Shown here: positions 9,193-17,912 of the stretch, piece after piece
How positions within the stretch are numbered: the first letter of the stretch is position 1
How the letters are laid out: every line of letters begins with the position of its first letter
NCBI GenBank assembly: GCA_016935985.1
Contig: JAFGPW010000002.1
Span: 65,991-129,990 of the forward strand
DNA length: 64,000 nucleotides
Source of the DNA: Candidatus Woesearchaeota archaeon
GTDB taxonomy: Archaea > Nanobdellota > Nanobdellia > Woesearchaeales > JAFGPW01
Direction: 5' to 3'
Translations under genes and position numbers: made by a program
Notes under the pieces: generated by a model
Told to the model about the DNA's origin: nothing
The model's input: the letters and a program-made list of their open reading frames with translations, nothing else
Databases searched by the model: none

Positions 9193-9663
9193 GTGAATAC
9201 CATGAAAACGACCAAGGTATCAAAACAGCTCATCGATATGCTCAACAGGGCGCTCGAGTCCGAGCACCAGGCGAACATGCAGTACCTGAGCCATGCCGAG
9301 CTCGTCGACGGCGAGAACGCCGAGGCCGTCATCGCGCGTCTCAAGGAGATCGCGTCCGACGAGGCCGAGCACGCGACGAAGTTCAGGGAGATGATCGGCG
9401 CCTACCTCGGCGGCACGCCCTCCATGAAAGCGGCGCCCGCGAAGGCGGCGAAGACGGTGAAGGAGATCCTCACCGCCAATCTCGCCGACGAGCGCGAGGC
9501 GGTCGAGCTCTACGGCGAGATCATGGAGCTGCTCAGGAAAGAGCGGGACAACCTGCCCTACGCCTACATGAAGCTCGAGCACCTCCTCCGCCACGTCATC
9601 ATGGACGAGATGGAGCACATCACCGAGCTCAAGAACCTGCTCGGCGAAGGGCCGGAGGACTGA
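9193..9663 (+). CDS. ferritin-like diiron-carboxylate protein (bacterioferritin/rubrerythrin superfamily)
   Basis: 156 aa with ExxH motifs (EAEHATKF, EMEHITEL). Confidence 0.65.
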   Translation: MNTMKTTKVSKQLIDMLNRALESEHQANMQYLSHAELVDGENAEAVIARLKEIASDEAEHATKFREMIGAYLGGTPSMKAAPAKAAKTVKEILTANLADEREAVELYGEIMELLRKERDNLPYAYMKLEHLLRHVIMDEMEHITELKNLLGEGPED

Positions 9664-9721
9664 AACAGGCCTTCCCCTTCCCTTTTACCCGTTCATATCC
9701 CTCTCCCGGAGACGATCGACC

Positions 9722-10219
9722 ATGGAACTGAAAGAGGCGATGCAAAAGGCCCTCGCGTTCGAGAAGAAGGGCCACGGAATCTATATGGAGGCGGCGAAGG
9801 CGACCGCCAACCCGGTGGTGAATAAGACCTTCACCTACCTCGCCGAGCAGGAGCTGCGGCACGTCGAGGCGATCGAGGACTACCTCAAGACTGGCGATCT
9901 CCACGCCGAGGCGCTCGGCGACGACGAGGAGAGGACTGCGGAGTTCTTCACCATGACGACCGAGGAGTTCAAGGAGCGCACCGCGCTCTCCGCCGACGAC
10001 GTCAAGGCGCACGAGACCGCGCTCCATCTCGAGAAGGAGAGCTACGACTTCTACGCGGAGGCGCTCGCCGACGCGGAGGGGCAGGCGACGAAGGACTTCC
10101 TCGTCTTCCTGATGGAGCAGGAGAACGCGCACTATAAGCTGATATCCCGCGCGTACGAGTACGTCAGCGACCCGGTCTCCTTCCACGCCCAGCACGAGGG
10201 CTGGCTGTTCGAGGGCTGA
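9722..10219 (+). CDS. rubrerythrin-like ferritin-fold protein (no rubredoxin domain)
   Basis: 165 aa; four E..(E)xxH helices (AFEKKGH, EQELRHVE, LHLEKESYDFY, EQENAHYK). Confidence 0.75.
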   Translation: MELKEAMQKALAFEKKGHGIYMEAAKATANPVVNKTFTYLAEQELRHVEAIEDYLKTGDLHAEALGDDEERTAEFFTMTTEEFKERTALSADDVKAHETALHLEKESYDFYAEALADAEGQATKDFLVFLMEQENAHYKLISRAYEYVSDPVSFHAQHEGWLFEG

Positions 10220-10306
10220 TCCCGACAGCCGTTAAGGATCTCTGTTCCCTACCCTCCTTCCCTATCCTTTATATCCCTCCGTCTCAGCGATGATCCCACC
10301 AAGGAG

Positions 10307-10816
10307 GTGGCCATCATGGGACAGGTTTGCCGGCTCGAGCAGCCGACAGGCGTGAAGGCGCCCGGCTTCTGCCTGTACGATACTGAAGGGAACGACATCT
10401 GCCTGCGCGACTATGCGGGCAGCTGGGTGGTGCTCTACTTCTACCCGAAGGACGGCTCACCCGGCTGCACGCTCGAGAACCTCGGCTTCTCGGACCATCG
10501 GGCCGAGTTCGACGGCATGCGCGCGATGGTGATCGGCGTCTCGCCGGACACGATCAGGAAGCACAAGAGCTTCACCGAGAAGCACAGGCTTCGGACCACG
10601 CTCCTCTCCGACTTCGACCGGAGGATCATCGACGCCTACGGCGCCGCGAGGAAGCGCACGATGTTCGGCAGGGAGTCCGAGGGCGTGCAGCGCAGCACGT
10701 TCATCATCGACCCTGCGGGGAGGATCGCGCACGCCTGGTGCAAGGTCAGCGTCCCCGGCCACGTGGACGAGGTGCTCGCGAAGCTCCGCGAGCTCCAGGC
10801 CGACGCCGAGGGGTGA
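10307..10816 (+). CDS. bcp: peroxiredoxin, Bcp-type thiol peroxidase
   Basis: FYPKDGSPGCT peroxidatic-Cys motif, thioredoxin fold, 169 aa. Confidence 0.85.
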   Translation: MAIMGQVCRLEQPTGVKAPGFCLYDTEGNDICLRDYAGSWVVLYFYPKDGSPGCTLENLGFSDHRAEFDGMRAMVIGVSPDTIRKHKSFTEKHRLRTTLLSDFDRRIIDAYGAARKRTMFGRESEGVQRSTFIIDPAGRIAHAWCKVSVPGHVDEVLAKLRELQADAEG

Positions 10817-10819
10817 AGG

Positions 10820-10826
10820 TTTTTAT
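10820..10826 (+). terminator. oligo-T archaeal terminator after bcp
   Basis: T5-6 run immediately after the stop codon. Confidence 0.35.
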
Positions 10827-10849
10827 ACCCGTCCGTCCCCCTCGCTTCC

Positions 10850-11074
10850 ATGGATCCCGAGCCAGGCACCTACCTGCACTTCAAGGGAAAGAAGTATGAG
10901 GTCCTTGGGATCGCGAAGCACAGCGAGACCGGCGAGGAGCTCGTCGTCTACCGCGCGCTGCACGACGACTCGAGCCACGGCCCCCACGACTTCTGGGTCA
11001 GGCCGAGGAAGATGTTCCTCGAGACTGTCGAGCGGGACGGGAGGACGATGCGGCGGTTCAATAAGGTTGGGTGA
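10850..11074 (+). CDS. DUF1653 family protein
   Basis: 74 aa; YLHFKGKKYEVLGIAKHSETGEELVVYRAL ... WVRPRKMF matches the DUF1653 consensus. Confidence 0.75.
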   Translation: MDPEPGTYLHFKGKKYEVLGIAKHSETGEELVVYRALHDDSSHGPHDFWVRPRKMFLETVERDGRTMRRFNKVG

Positions 11075-12049
11075 TCAGAGCGTCAGCCGCTCGATCTCCT
11101 CGACCACGCGGTCATCGACCTCTATCATGCCGGACGAGAGCGCGTCCTTGAGCAGCATGCCCGACCGCTCGCCGGGTATCCTGATCTCCATCGCCCACCT
11201 CGCGAGGCGCGACGACTTGATCTCGCTGCACAGCTCCTCGATCTCCTCGAGGAAGCGCTCCTCTGTCGTGAAGATCCGCGGGTCGATCACGATGAAGAGG
11301 TAGCCTCGGTCGAGGTCGCTCGCGACCTTGGATCCGGTCTTGCCGCCGACCATGGCCGCCATGATCTCGATCGCCATCGAGATGCCGTAGCCCTTGTAGC
11401 TGCCGAACGGCACGAGGGAATGCACCTTGTGCGGGTCGGTCGTGGGCTCGCCGTCGGCGTCGAGGGCCATGCCCTCCTGCACCTGCTCGCCCCGCTTCTG
11501 CGCATGCCTGACCTCCGCCATCGCGCGCTCCGAGGTCGCCATGTCGAGGACGAACGGGCACTCTTTCCGCGGGATGCCGATCCCCAGCGGGTTCGCGCCG
11601 AGGCGCGGGTCGATGCCGCCGTAGGGCGCGGTCCGGGGCCGCGAGTTGTTCATCACCCAGCCGATCATGCCGTGCTTCGCCGCGAGGTGCGCGTAGAAGC
11701 CGGGCATGACATACGATTCCATGTTGTGCATGCCGATGATGGCGATCCCGCGCTCCTCGGCCTTGAGGATCGCGAGCTCGATCGCGGCCTTCCCTATGAT
11801 CGAGCCGGGGTTGCCCTTGCCGTCTATCAGGGCATAGGTCTCGCTCTCCCTCTCGATAACCCACGGCCCCTCGGGCTCCCTGAGCCGCTCCACCGCCTTC
11901 GGGAACGCGGAAAGGCCGTGGCTCTTCTTGCCCGAGAGCTCGCCGTAGAAGTACTCCTCGATCATGGCCTCCGCCTCCTCCCCTGTCATGCCGCGCTTCT
12001 TCAGCACCTTGATGCACAGCTTCCGAAGCTCAGCGATGTCGGCCTTCAT
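11075..12049 (-). CDS. Ldh_2 family 2-hydroxyacid dehydrogenase (malate / L-sulfolactate dehydrogenase, ComC/Mdh-II-like)
   Basis: 324 aa; the DADGEPTTDP, FGSYKGYGISMAIE and HGLS motifs are typical of the PF02615 family. Confidence 0.85.
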   Translation of the reverse strand: MKADIAELRKLCIKVLKKRGMTGEEAEAMIEEYFYGELSGKKSHGLSAFPKAVERLREPEGPWVIERESETYALIDGKGNPGSIIGKAAIELAILKAEERGIAIIGMHNMESYVMPGFYAHLAAKHGMIGWVMNNSRPRTAPYGGIDPRLGANPLGIGIPRKECPFVLDMATSERAMAEVRHAQKRGEQVQEGMALDADGEPTTDPHKVHSLVPFGSYKGYGISMAIEIMAAMVGGKTGSKVASDLDRGYLFIVIDPRIFTTEERFLEEIEELCSEIKSSRLARWAMEIRIPGERSGMLLKDALSSGMIEVDDRVVEEIERLTL

Positions 12050-12188
12050 GGCATCCTCACAGTCCCCTCTCCTTAATTAAGATTACTCATGCCTATTGTA
12101 TCTATCAAATAATGGTAAAATTAATAAATGGGCTGGCTCTGGGCCTCTCCATCGGCGCCCGATATCGGGAGCCGAGGGGTGGTACCGG

Positions 12189-13895
12189 ATGATCGAACGC
12201 GCACTGATCTCAGTCTTCTCCAAGGATAATCTCGGCATGCTCGTCGAGGGGCTCGTCAAGGTCAACCCGAGGATCGAGTTCGTCTCCTCGGGCGGCACCG
12301 CTAAGGCGATCCGCGGCATGGGCGACTACAATGTCGCCGATGTGTCCGACATCACGGGATTCCCCGAGGCCTTCGGCGGCAGGGTGAAGACCATCAATCC
12401 GCTCATCGAGGGCGGCATCCTCTACGACCGGCACGATCCCGAGCACGTCGCGACAGCGCAGAGGCTCGGCGTGAAGCCGATCGACCTCGTGGTCTGCAAC
12501 CTGTACCCGTTCGACAAGGTCTCGGCGGATCCCAACGCCAAACTCGAGGACATCATCGAGAACATCGACATCGGCGGACCGACGATGGTGATCTCCGCGG
12601 TCAAGAACATGAACAGCGTCGGCGTGCTCGTCGACCCGACAGACTACCGGACCGCGATAGCGCACCTGAAGAACAACGGCGGCGAGCTCAGCCAGGCCTT
12701 CCGCGAGACGTTCGCCGCGAAGGCGCTCAACTACCTCGCCGACTACCGGGCGAGGAACGCGACAGTCCTCACCGAGAAGCTGACAGGAGAGAAGTCCGTC
12801 CGCCCGTTCTACCGGAACGGCGTCGTTCTCCGCTACGGCGAGAACCCTCACCAGGCCGGCATCACGTACAAGTCGCCGACAGACGTCAACGGCATCGCGC
12901 ACGCGGACGTCCTCTACGAGGGAAAGCCCCTCTCCTACAACAACTGGACCGACGCCGACGCGGCGGCGGCGATCGTCGACGACCTGATCAGGACAGGCGC
13001 GGGGCATGCGGCCGCGGTCGTCAAGCATGCGAACCCCTGCGGGATGGCGACCGGCGTGACTCCGGCGATGGCGCTCGCCCACGCCTGGGCAGGCGACCCG
13101 GTGTCAGCGTTCGGAAGCATCATCGCGCTCTCGTCGCCTGCTGACGATGGCGTGCTCGAGTTCCTCAAGGAAGGTGTCTACAAGGAGAAGCAGTTCGTCG
13201 AGCTCGTGATCGCCCCCGGCTACTCGCAGCGCTTCCTCGACTGGGCGAAGGCGGAAGGCGAGTTCGCGGGCAGGAAGCCGAAGAACATCCGGCTCATGCA
13301 GTATCACTTCCCGGGGAAGTACCCCTCGCTCCGGACCGATGCGACCATCGGCAGGACCATCTCGGGCGGCTATCTCGAGCAGTCTTTCGACGGCACGCTG
13401 CTGCCTGCGCCCATGGCCGAGCTGATGCGGCCCGCAGGGCCTGAGGAGAAACGGGGTCTTGTCGCCGGCACGAGCGTCGACCCGGCGATGGAGGGCCTCT
13501 TCACCTTCTCCGTGCTCGCGGCCAAGCACCTGAAGTCGAACGCGATCGCCATCGGCTACGAGTACGACGCTGGCAAGTACCTGCTCATCGGCGCCGGCAT
13601 GGGCCAGCCGAACCGCGTCGACTCGATGAGGCTCGCGGTCGACCGGGCGCTCGACTACATCCACCGCTCCGGTATGTTGATGCGCCAGGATGAGGTGCTC
13701 GAGAAGAAGACCGTCGTCGCGAGCGACGCCTTCTACCCCTTCCCTGACGGCCCGCTCTACGCGCTCAACCAGGGGTTCAGGAATTTCATCCAGCCGGGCG
13801 GGTCGGTGAACGACACGGAAGTCATCAAGGTCATGGACGGCTGCCTCGCGAGGATGATCCTCACCGACGGGCATCGCCACTTCAGGCACCAGTGA
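12189..13895 (+). CDS. purH: bifunctional AICAR transformylase / IMP cyclohydrolase
   Basis: MGS-like N-terminus (ALISVFSKDNL ... GGTAKAI ... GGRVKTINPLIEGGIL). C-terminal IQPGGSVNDTEVIKVMD ... HFRH. Start set at the internal Met (MIERAL). Confidence 0.85.
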   Translation: MIERALISVFSKDNLGMLVEGLVKVNPRIEFVSSGGTAKAIRGMGDYNVADVSDITGFPEAFGGRVKTINPLIEGGILYDRHDPEHVATAQRLGVKPIDLVVCNLYPFDKVSADPNAKLEDIIENIDIGGPTMVISAVKNMNSVGVLVDPTDYRTAIAHLKNNGGELSQAFRETFAAKALNYLADYRARNATVLTEKLTGEKSVRPFYRNGVVLRYGENPHQAGITYKSPTDVNGIAHADVLYEGKPLSYNNWTDADAAAAIVDDLIRTGAGHAAAVVKHANPCGMATGVTPAMALAHAWAGDPVSAFGSIIALSSPADDGVLEFLKEGVYKEKQFVELVIAPGYSQRFLDWAKAEGEFAGRKPKNIRLMQYHFPGKYPSLRTDATIGRTISGGYLEQSFDGTLLPAPMAELMRPAGPEEKRGLVAGTSVDPAMEGLFTFSVLAAKHLKSNAIAIGYEYDAGKYLLIGAGMGQPNRVDSMRLAVDRALDYIHRSGMLMRQDEVLEKKTVVASDAFYPFPDGPLYALNQGFRNFIQPGGSVNDTEVIKVMDGCLARMILTDGHRHFRHQ

Positions 13896-13930
13896 GCGGA
13901 CCTTCCCGCCCTCTCACTGCCGACCCCTCA

Positions 13931-14272
13931 TCAGGCCTCAGGCATGCCGGTGAGCATCACGATGACCGCGTCAGGCGCCTTCTCCTGGAACTTCCGCGCG
14001 ACCCAGTCGGCCTTGGCGGCGACGAGCGTGTCGTAGACGAAGATGTCCACGCCCGGCGGATAGAGATACATCTCGAGCGCCTTGCGGCGCTGCCCTGCCT
14101 CTGCCTCAAGGCTCACATCGCAGACGGTGATCCTCTTCCGAGGACCCACATCCCCCTGCTCCATCGCATAGAGGGGATCAGGGAACCGCCTCCTCAGGAT
14201 GTCCATCGCCGAGCGCGTGTAGTGGTCGAGCAGCGGGTGCGCGTCCTTATAGTCCCATGTGGTGATGGTCAT
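13931..14272 (-). CDS. hypothetical protein
   Basis: 113 aa; GC3-rich frame; no recognisable domain. Confidence 0.45.
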   Translation of the reverse strand: MTITTWDYKDAHPLLDHYTRSAMDILRRRFPDPLYAMEQGDVGPRKRITVCDVSLEAEAGQRRKALEMYLYPPGVDIFVYDTLVAAKADWVARKFQEKAPDAVIVMLTGMPEA

Positions 14273-14311
14273 AGGACCCTATAAGGGCCGCTCATATAAT
14301 AATCCTGCTCC

Positions 14312-14896
14312 TCATCCGGCAGCCGTCCGTCCCCTTCTCCCGGTCAGATTCTTCCGGGCATACGACCAGGCCGTGTAGAACACCGGGCCCATCGAGAGGT
14401 AGACCGCCTGCATCCAGCGGGGCGCGTGGATGCAGTCGCAGACCGGCAGCCCGGGATAGCTGCCGGTCGGCAGGTTCTGATAGCCCCAGACATGGTAAGC
14501 GATGGTCTCGAGGGTCATGAGCAGCAGCCAGTACGGGAGCGTGAAGAGCAGCAGCCGCATCCGGAAAGGGAGCCTCCACCGCTTCTCCGCATGGGTCATG
14601 ATGACGCCGAGATAGGCGAGGCCGAGGCTCCAGGCGAGGAAGGCGAAGGTGTTGAACGTGCCGATCATGGGCGAGGTGAAGGCATACTGATAGATATCGC
14701 CTGCGATCGCCACCCAGACAAGCGCGAAAGCAGTCCCAATCAGCACCATCCTGATGAGGCGCTTCCTCCCGGTGAAGTGGAGATAGGGATAGAGCAGGAG
14801 GTGGGCTGAGAGGACGACTGCGAACGGGTCGAGCAGCGGCAGGAGGACCATCACGGCTGCCGCCGCAACGATATCCATGGTCAGGATACGGTCCAT
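14312..14896 (-). CDS. integral membrane protein (5-6 TM), unknown function
   Basis: Hydrophobic. Start set at internal Met (MDRILT); this choice places the conserved upstream element exactly 116 nt away, as for the MATE gene. Confidence 0.5.
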   Translation of the reverse strand: MDRILTMDIVAAAAVMVLLPLLDPFAVVLSAHLLLYPYLHFTGRKRLIRMVLIGTAFALVWVAIAGDIYQYAFTSPMIGTFNTFAFLAWSLGLAYLGVIMTHAEKRWRLPFRMRLLLFTLPYWLLLMTLETIAYHVWGYQNLPTGSYPGLPVCDCIHAPRWMQAVYLSMGPVFYTAWSYARKNLTGRRGRTAAG

Positions 14897-15011
14897 GCGC
14901 CGCTCCCAGCACGCGGTACTATATAAATTTTCAGGGAAAACCGGCGTTGCTGAGAAAGCGGCCAGAGCCAGGGGGCGAAGGCTGCGGTAGAGCCCTTCCA
15001 AAGGCCGGTAA

Positions 15012-15035
15012 GGGGAATTCCTTTAAGGGGATCCC
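15012..15035. promoter_or_regulatory. second copy of the GGCCGG(T)AAGGGGAATTCC-N6-GGGGATCCC element
   Basis: About 85% identical over 36 bp to 3621-3656, at the same distance from a minus-strand membrane gene start. Confidence 0.35.
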
Positions 15036-15165
15036 ATCTCCCGAGGGTCTGGTGCGTGCCTGAGCGTCGGGTGTGGGCCTTTGCGTCGGCGCCGGCCCGA
15101 GCGAAGGCGAGATTTTCAACAGAGCCGAGAAAACCATTAAATAACCCCTCGCGTAACCTCCTTCC

Positions 15166-15480
15166 ATGGCGCTCAAGGAGGTCCAGCAGGACGTCGACCG
15201 ATGGGCCAGGCAGTTCAAGGTGCCCTACTGGCAGCCGCACGAGATCCTCGCGCGCCTCGCCGAGGAGCAGGGCGAGCTCGCCCGCGAGATCAACCACCGC
15301 TTCGGCCCCAAGCGCAGGAAGCTGGAGGAGAGGGACGGCGACCTCGGCGAGGAGATGGCAGACATCGTCTTCACGCTCTGCTGCCTCGCGAACTCCCGGG
15401 ACGTGGACCTCGACTCCTCGTGGAAGAAGGTCATGGGAAAATGTTACGGCAGGGACCAGGACCGCTACGCGAAGAAGTGA
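15166..15480 (+). CDS. MazG-like nucleotide pyrophosphohydrolase domain protein
   Basis: 104 aa; EEQGELAREI ... EEMADIVFTL EExxE metal motifs. Confidence 0.8.
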   Translation: MALKEVQQDVDRWARQFKVPYWQPHEILARLAEEQGELAREINHRFGPKRRKLEERDGDLGEEMADIVFTLCCLANSRDVDLDSSWKKVMGKCYGRDQDRYAKK

Positions 15481-15489
15481 GGCCGGCGC

Positions 15490-15939
15490 TTACAGCTCCT
15501 TCTCCATGATCCTGTTCACCCACGCGCTCCGGATCGTCTTGTAGCCGAGCCTGCGATAGAGCCGCACGCTCGGGTTGTCGGAAAAGACCATCAGACTGAT
15601 GCGCCTCATGCCCCTGCGCCTCGCCTCGCGCTCGACGCGCCGCAGCAGCATGGTGCCGATGCCCTTGCCCTGATGCGGGCCGGAAAGGTGGATCTCATGC
15701 AGGCGGCAGGCGTCGCCGTAGCAGCCGGCCATGTAGTAGCCGATGCGCCTGCCTCTCTTCTCGACGATCCTGATCCTGTCCTTCCAGAACCTCATCCGGA
15801 ACTTCCTCGGCGAGAACCCGCTCATGTGCCGCTCGAAGTAAGGCCCCATAAGCCGTCGGGTGAGGTCATGGCAGAAGCGGTAGTCACGGTCGCCGCAGCG
15901 GCGGACCGTGATGTCACCTGCGCTTGCGGAGCGCCTCAT
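15490..15939 (-). CDS. GNAT family N-acetyltransferase
   Basis: HQGKGIGTMLLRRVEREARRRGMRRISLMV acetyl-CoA-binding motif; start uncertain (internal Met chosen). Confidence 0.75.
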   Translation of the reverse strand: MRRSASAGDITVRRCGDRDYRFCHDLTRRLMGPYFERHMSGFSPRKFRMRFWKDRIRIVEKRGRRIGYYMAGCYGDACRLHEIHLSGPHQGKGIGTMLLRRVEREARRRGMRRISLMVFSDNPSVRLYRRLGYKTIRSAWVNRIMEKEL

Positions 15940-16366
15940 TCCTCGACCCCCTGCTGAGCACGATCGGCCGGGCGCGCTGGAGATGATAGGGCTTAGGCAG
16001 CTTCGTCGTCTTCCGCGCACCCCTGCTCATCTGTTCCGTCTTCACGTACTCCCCGAGAGCGCGTGTCATCCGCACCACCTTCGCGAACTTGAGCAGCCGG
16101 AAGAGGGCGGTGAACGGAACGATCGCGAGGATGTCGAGCCAGCAGTGATGGAAGAAAACCTCGGGATCGCGGTATCGCCGGTACTCGATCACCAAGTCGA
16201 TCGCGAAGCAGGCGATCACGATGCCGTCGACGATCCGTATGGTGGCCTCCTGCTCCGGCGTGAGGTAGACGAACATCTCGATGAAGACGAGCCCCACCGA
16301 TAGGAAGATCAGGAAGAGGATGGCATGCTCGAACCTCGTGACATGGTCGGTGACGCGATTGGCCAT
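15914..16366 (-). CDS. stand-alone voltage-sensor-domain-like membrane protein (S1-S4, no pore domain)
   Basis: 150 aa with 4 TM. The last helix, FRLLKFAKVVRMTRAL, has R/K at every third position (S4-like). Acidic residues occur in TM1-3. Confidence 0.5.
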   Translation of the reverse strand: MANRVTDHVTRFEHAILFLIFLSVGLVFIEMFVYLTPEQEATIRIVDGIVIACFAIDLVIEYRRYRDPEVFFHHCWLDILAIVPFTALFRLLKFAKVVRMTRALGEYVKTEQMSRGARKTTKLPKPYHLQRARPIVLSRGSRNEALRKRR

Positions 16367-16488
16367 GGCCGCTTAAAAAGAACCTCTCTATAAAAAGGTT
16401 TGCCGTTCTGCAGGGTAGCTGCAAGCCGGACCGCACCCTTTGGTAGATTTATATAGGAGTGCCGCCTACCCGAATGCGGTGAACCGCT

Positions 16489-17235
16489 ATGAGGATCGCA
16501 TACGCAATCGGGATCATCGCACTGCTACTTGCCGCGGGCTGCACGACGCAGCCTGAGAGGCCCATCGGCGGCGACATGGACGAGCACGGCTGCCTGATAG
16601 CGGCAGGCTATTCCTGGTGCGAGGAGCGCCAGAAGTGCCTGCGCAGCTGGGAGGAGGAGTGCACGCCGGTCGTGCCGCTCACCAAGGACGATGCCTACCG
16701 GATCGCCGGCGACTCCCTCTGCGTCCAGATGGGGGCGCTCTCCGACGAGGCGAGCAGGAACGACATCACCGGCTCCTGGTGGATCGGGCTCGAGATGAGC
16801 CCTGAGAACGAGAAGCCGGGCTGCAATCCCGCTTGCGTGGTGCTCGACGAGAGCAGGAACGCGGACATCAACTGGCGCTGCACCGGCCTCATCCTTCCCG
16901 AGGAAGGCGCTGTCTCGTCCTTCGGCGAGTGCGTCGCGGCGGGGAATCCGGTGATGGAATCCTACCCGCGCCGATGCCGCGATGCCGAAGGGAACACCTG
17001 GACCGAGGAGCTACCGCCGAGCGGGCCTTCGGACGTGATGCGCATCCCGAAGGAGATCCTCTGCAACGACGCCGGCGGCACGTGGCTGCCAGCGTATGAG
17101 GAGTGCGAGTACGTCTCAGAGGAGGACTGCGTCGGGATGGGCGGCGAATACTTCGAATGCGGCTCGGCGTGCCGGAACGACCCTGAGGCGGAGATCTGCA
17201 CGCTGCAGTGCGTGCCCTACTGCGCGCTCGCGTGA
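16489..17235 (+). CDS. Cys-rich secreted lipoprotein with internal duplication
   Basis: Signal/lipobox LLAAGC. Two related modules GGxxDEHGC..AGYSWCEE..C / CNDAGGTW..YEECE.. with ~22 Cys. Confidence 0.6.
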   Translation: MRIAYAIGIIALLLAAGCTTQPERPIGGDMDEHGCLIAAGYSWCEERQKCLRSWEEECTPVVPLTKDDAYRIAGDSLCVQMGALSDEASRNDITGSWWIGLEMSPENEKPGCNPACVVLDESRNADINWRCTGLILPEEGAVSSFGECVAAGNPVMESYPRRCRDAEGNTWTEELPPSGPSDVMRIPKEILCNDAGGTWLPAYEECEYVSEEDCVGMGGEYFECGSACRNDPEAEICTLQCVPYCALA

Positions 17236-17289
17236 AGCGGGCATTTTTATATGCTCTCTTTTTGTACTTCCTCTTACTCCGTCCTTCTC

Positions 17290-17505
17290 ATGCCGATCGC
17301 CATCGACTATGGGCGGTGCTGCTGGAAGGACGGGGCATGCGCCTCGTGCAGATGCGGCGGCGGGGCAGCCTGCAAGGGATGCGTGGAGGCGTGTCCGACC
17401 GGTGCGCTCACCCGCGGGAGGAAGGTCGAGTTCGACTCTTCGAAGTGCATCGGCTGCGGCCAGTGCGCCGACGCATGCGCGCACGGCGCGATAACGCCCG
17501 AGTGA
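17290..17505 (+). CDS. 4Fe-4S dicluster ferredoxin
   Basis: CKGCVEACP and CIGCGQCADAC motifs. Confidence 0.75.
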   Translation: MPIAIDYGRCCWKDGACASCRCGGGAACKGCVEACPTGALTRGRKVEFDSSKCIGCGQCADACAHGAITPE

Positions 17506-17516
17506 GCGTACTCGCA

Positions 17517-17912
17517 TCATGCCCCTTCCTTATACCGTCTGTAGGTACGCACGAGGTAGTGTAGCACGTTGTACTCGGCGTTCACCAGCCCTTCCCTTTT
17601 CGGGGCGCGTGCGACGACGACGTTCGCCTTGTCGAGATAGGGAGCCGCCTGCGCGACGACCGCCTCGAGCGTCCCGTCCCACGCCAGCGTGCGCTTGGTG
17701 TGCGCAGGAACCGAGAAATTCATCCTCACCGGTCCGAGCGCGACATAGTCGGTTATCTGCCTCTCCGAGACCTCATACGTGTTCATCTCGTCCTCGGCGA
17801 CGATGACCGCGTAGCCGGCGCGCGTATGCGGATCGTTGATCTGGGTGAGCGTGAGCCACTCCCGGCCCGAATCGAGAACGTCGGTGAGGGTATCATGATC
17901 GATCGGTATCAC
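17517..17912 (-). CDS. hypothetical protein, last gene of the MutS-like operon
   Basis: 131 aa; start overlaps the MutS-like stop (ATGA). Confidence 0.5.
   Translation of the reverse strand: MIPIDHDTLTDVLDSGREWLTLTQINDPHTRAGYAVIVAEDEMNTYEVSERQITDYVALGPVRMNFSVPAHTKRTLAWDGTLEAVVAQAAPYLDKANVVVARAPKREGLVNAEYNVLHYLVRTYRRYKEGA

Noticed and set aside
8847-9731. 294-aa plus-strand ORF
   Set aside because: Arg-rich alternative frame across the ferredoxin and ferritin-like genes.
11112-12017. 301-aa minus-strand ORF
   Set aside because: Alternative frame of the Ldh_2 dehydrogenase gene.
12210-13889. Minus-strand ORFs 12210-13082 and 13104-13889
   Set aside because: Antisense to purH.
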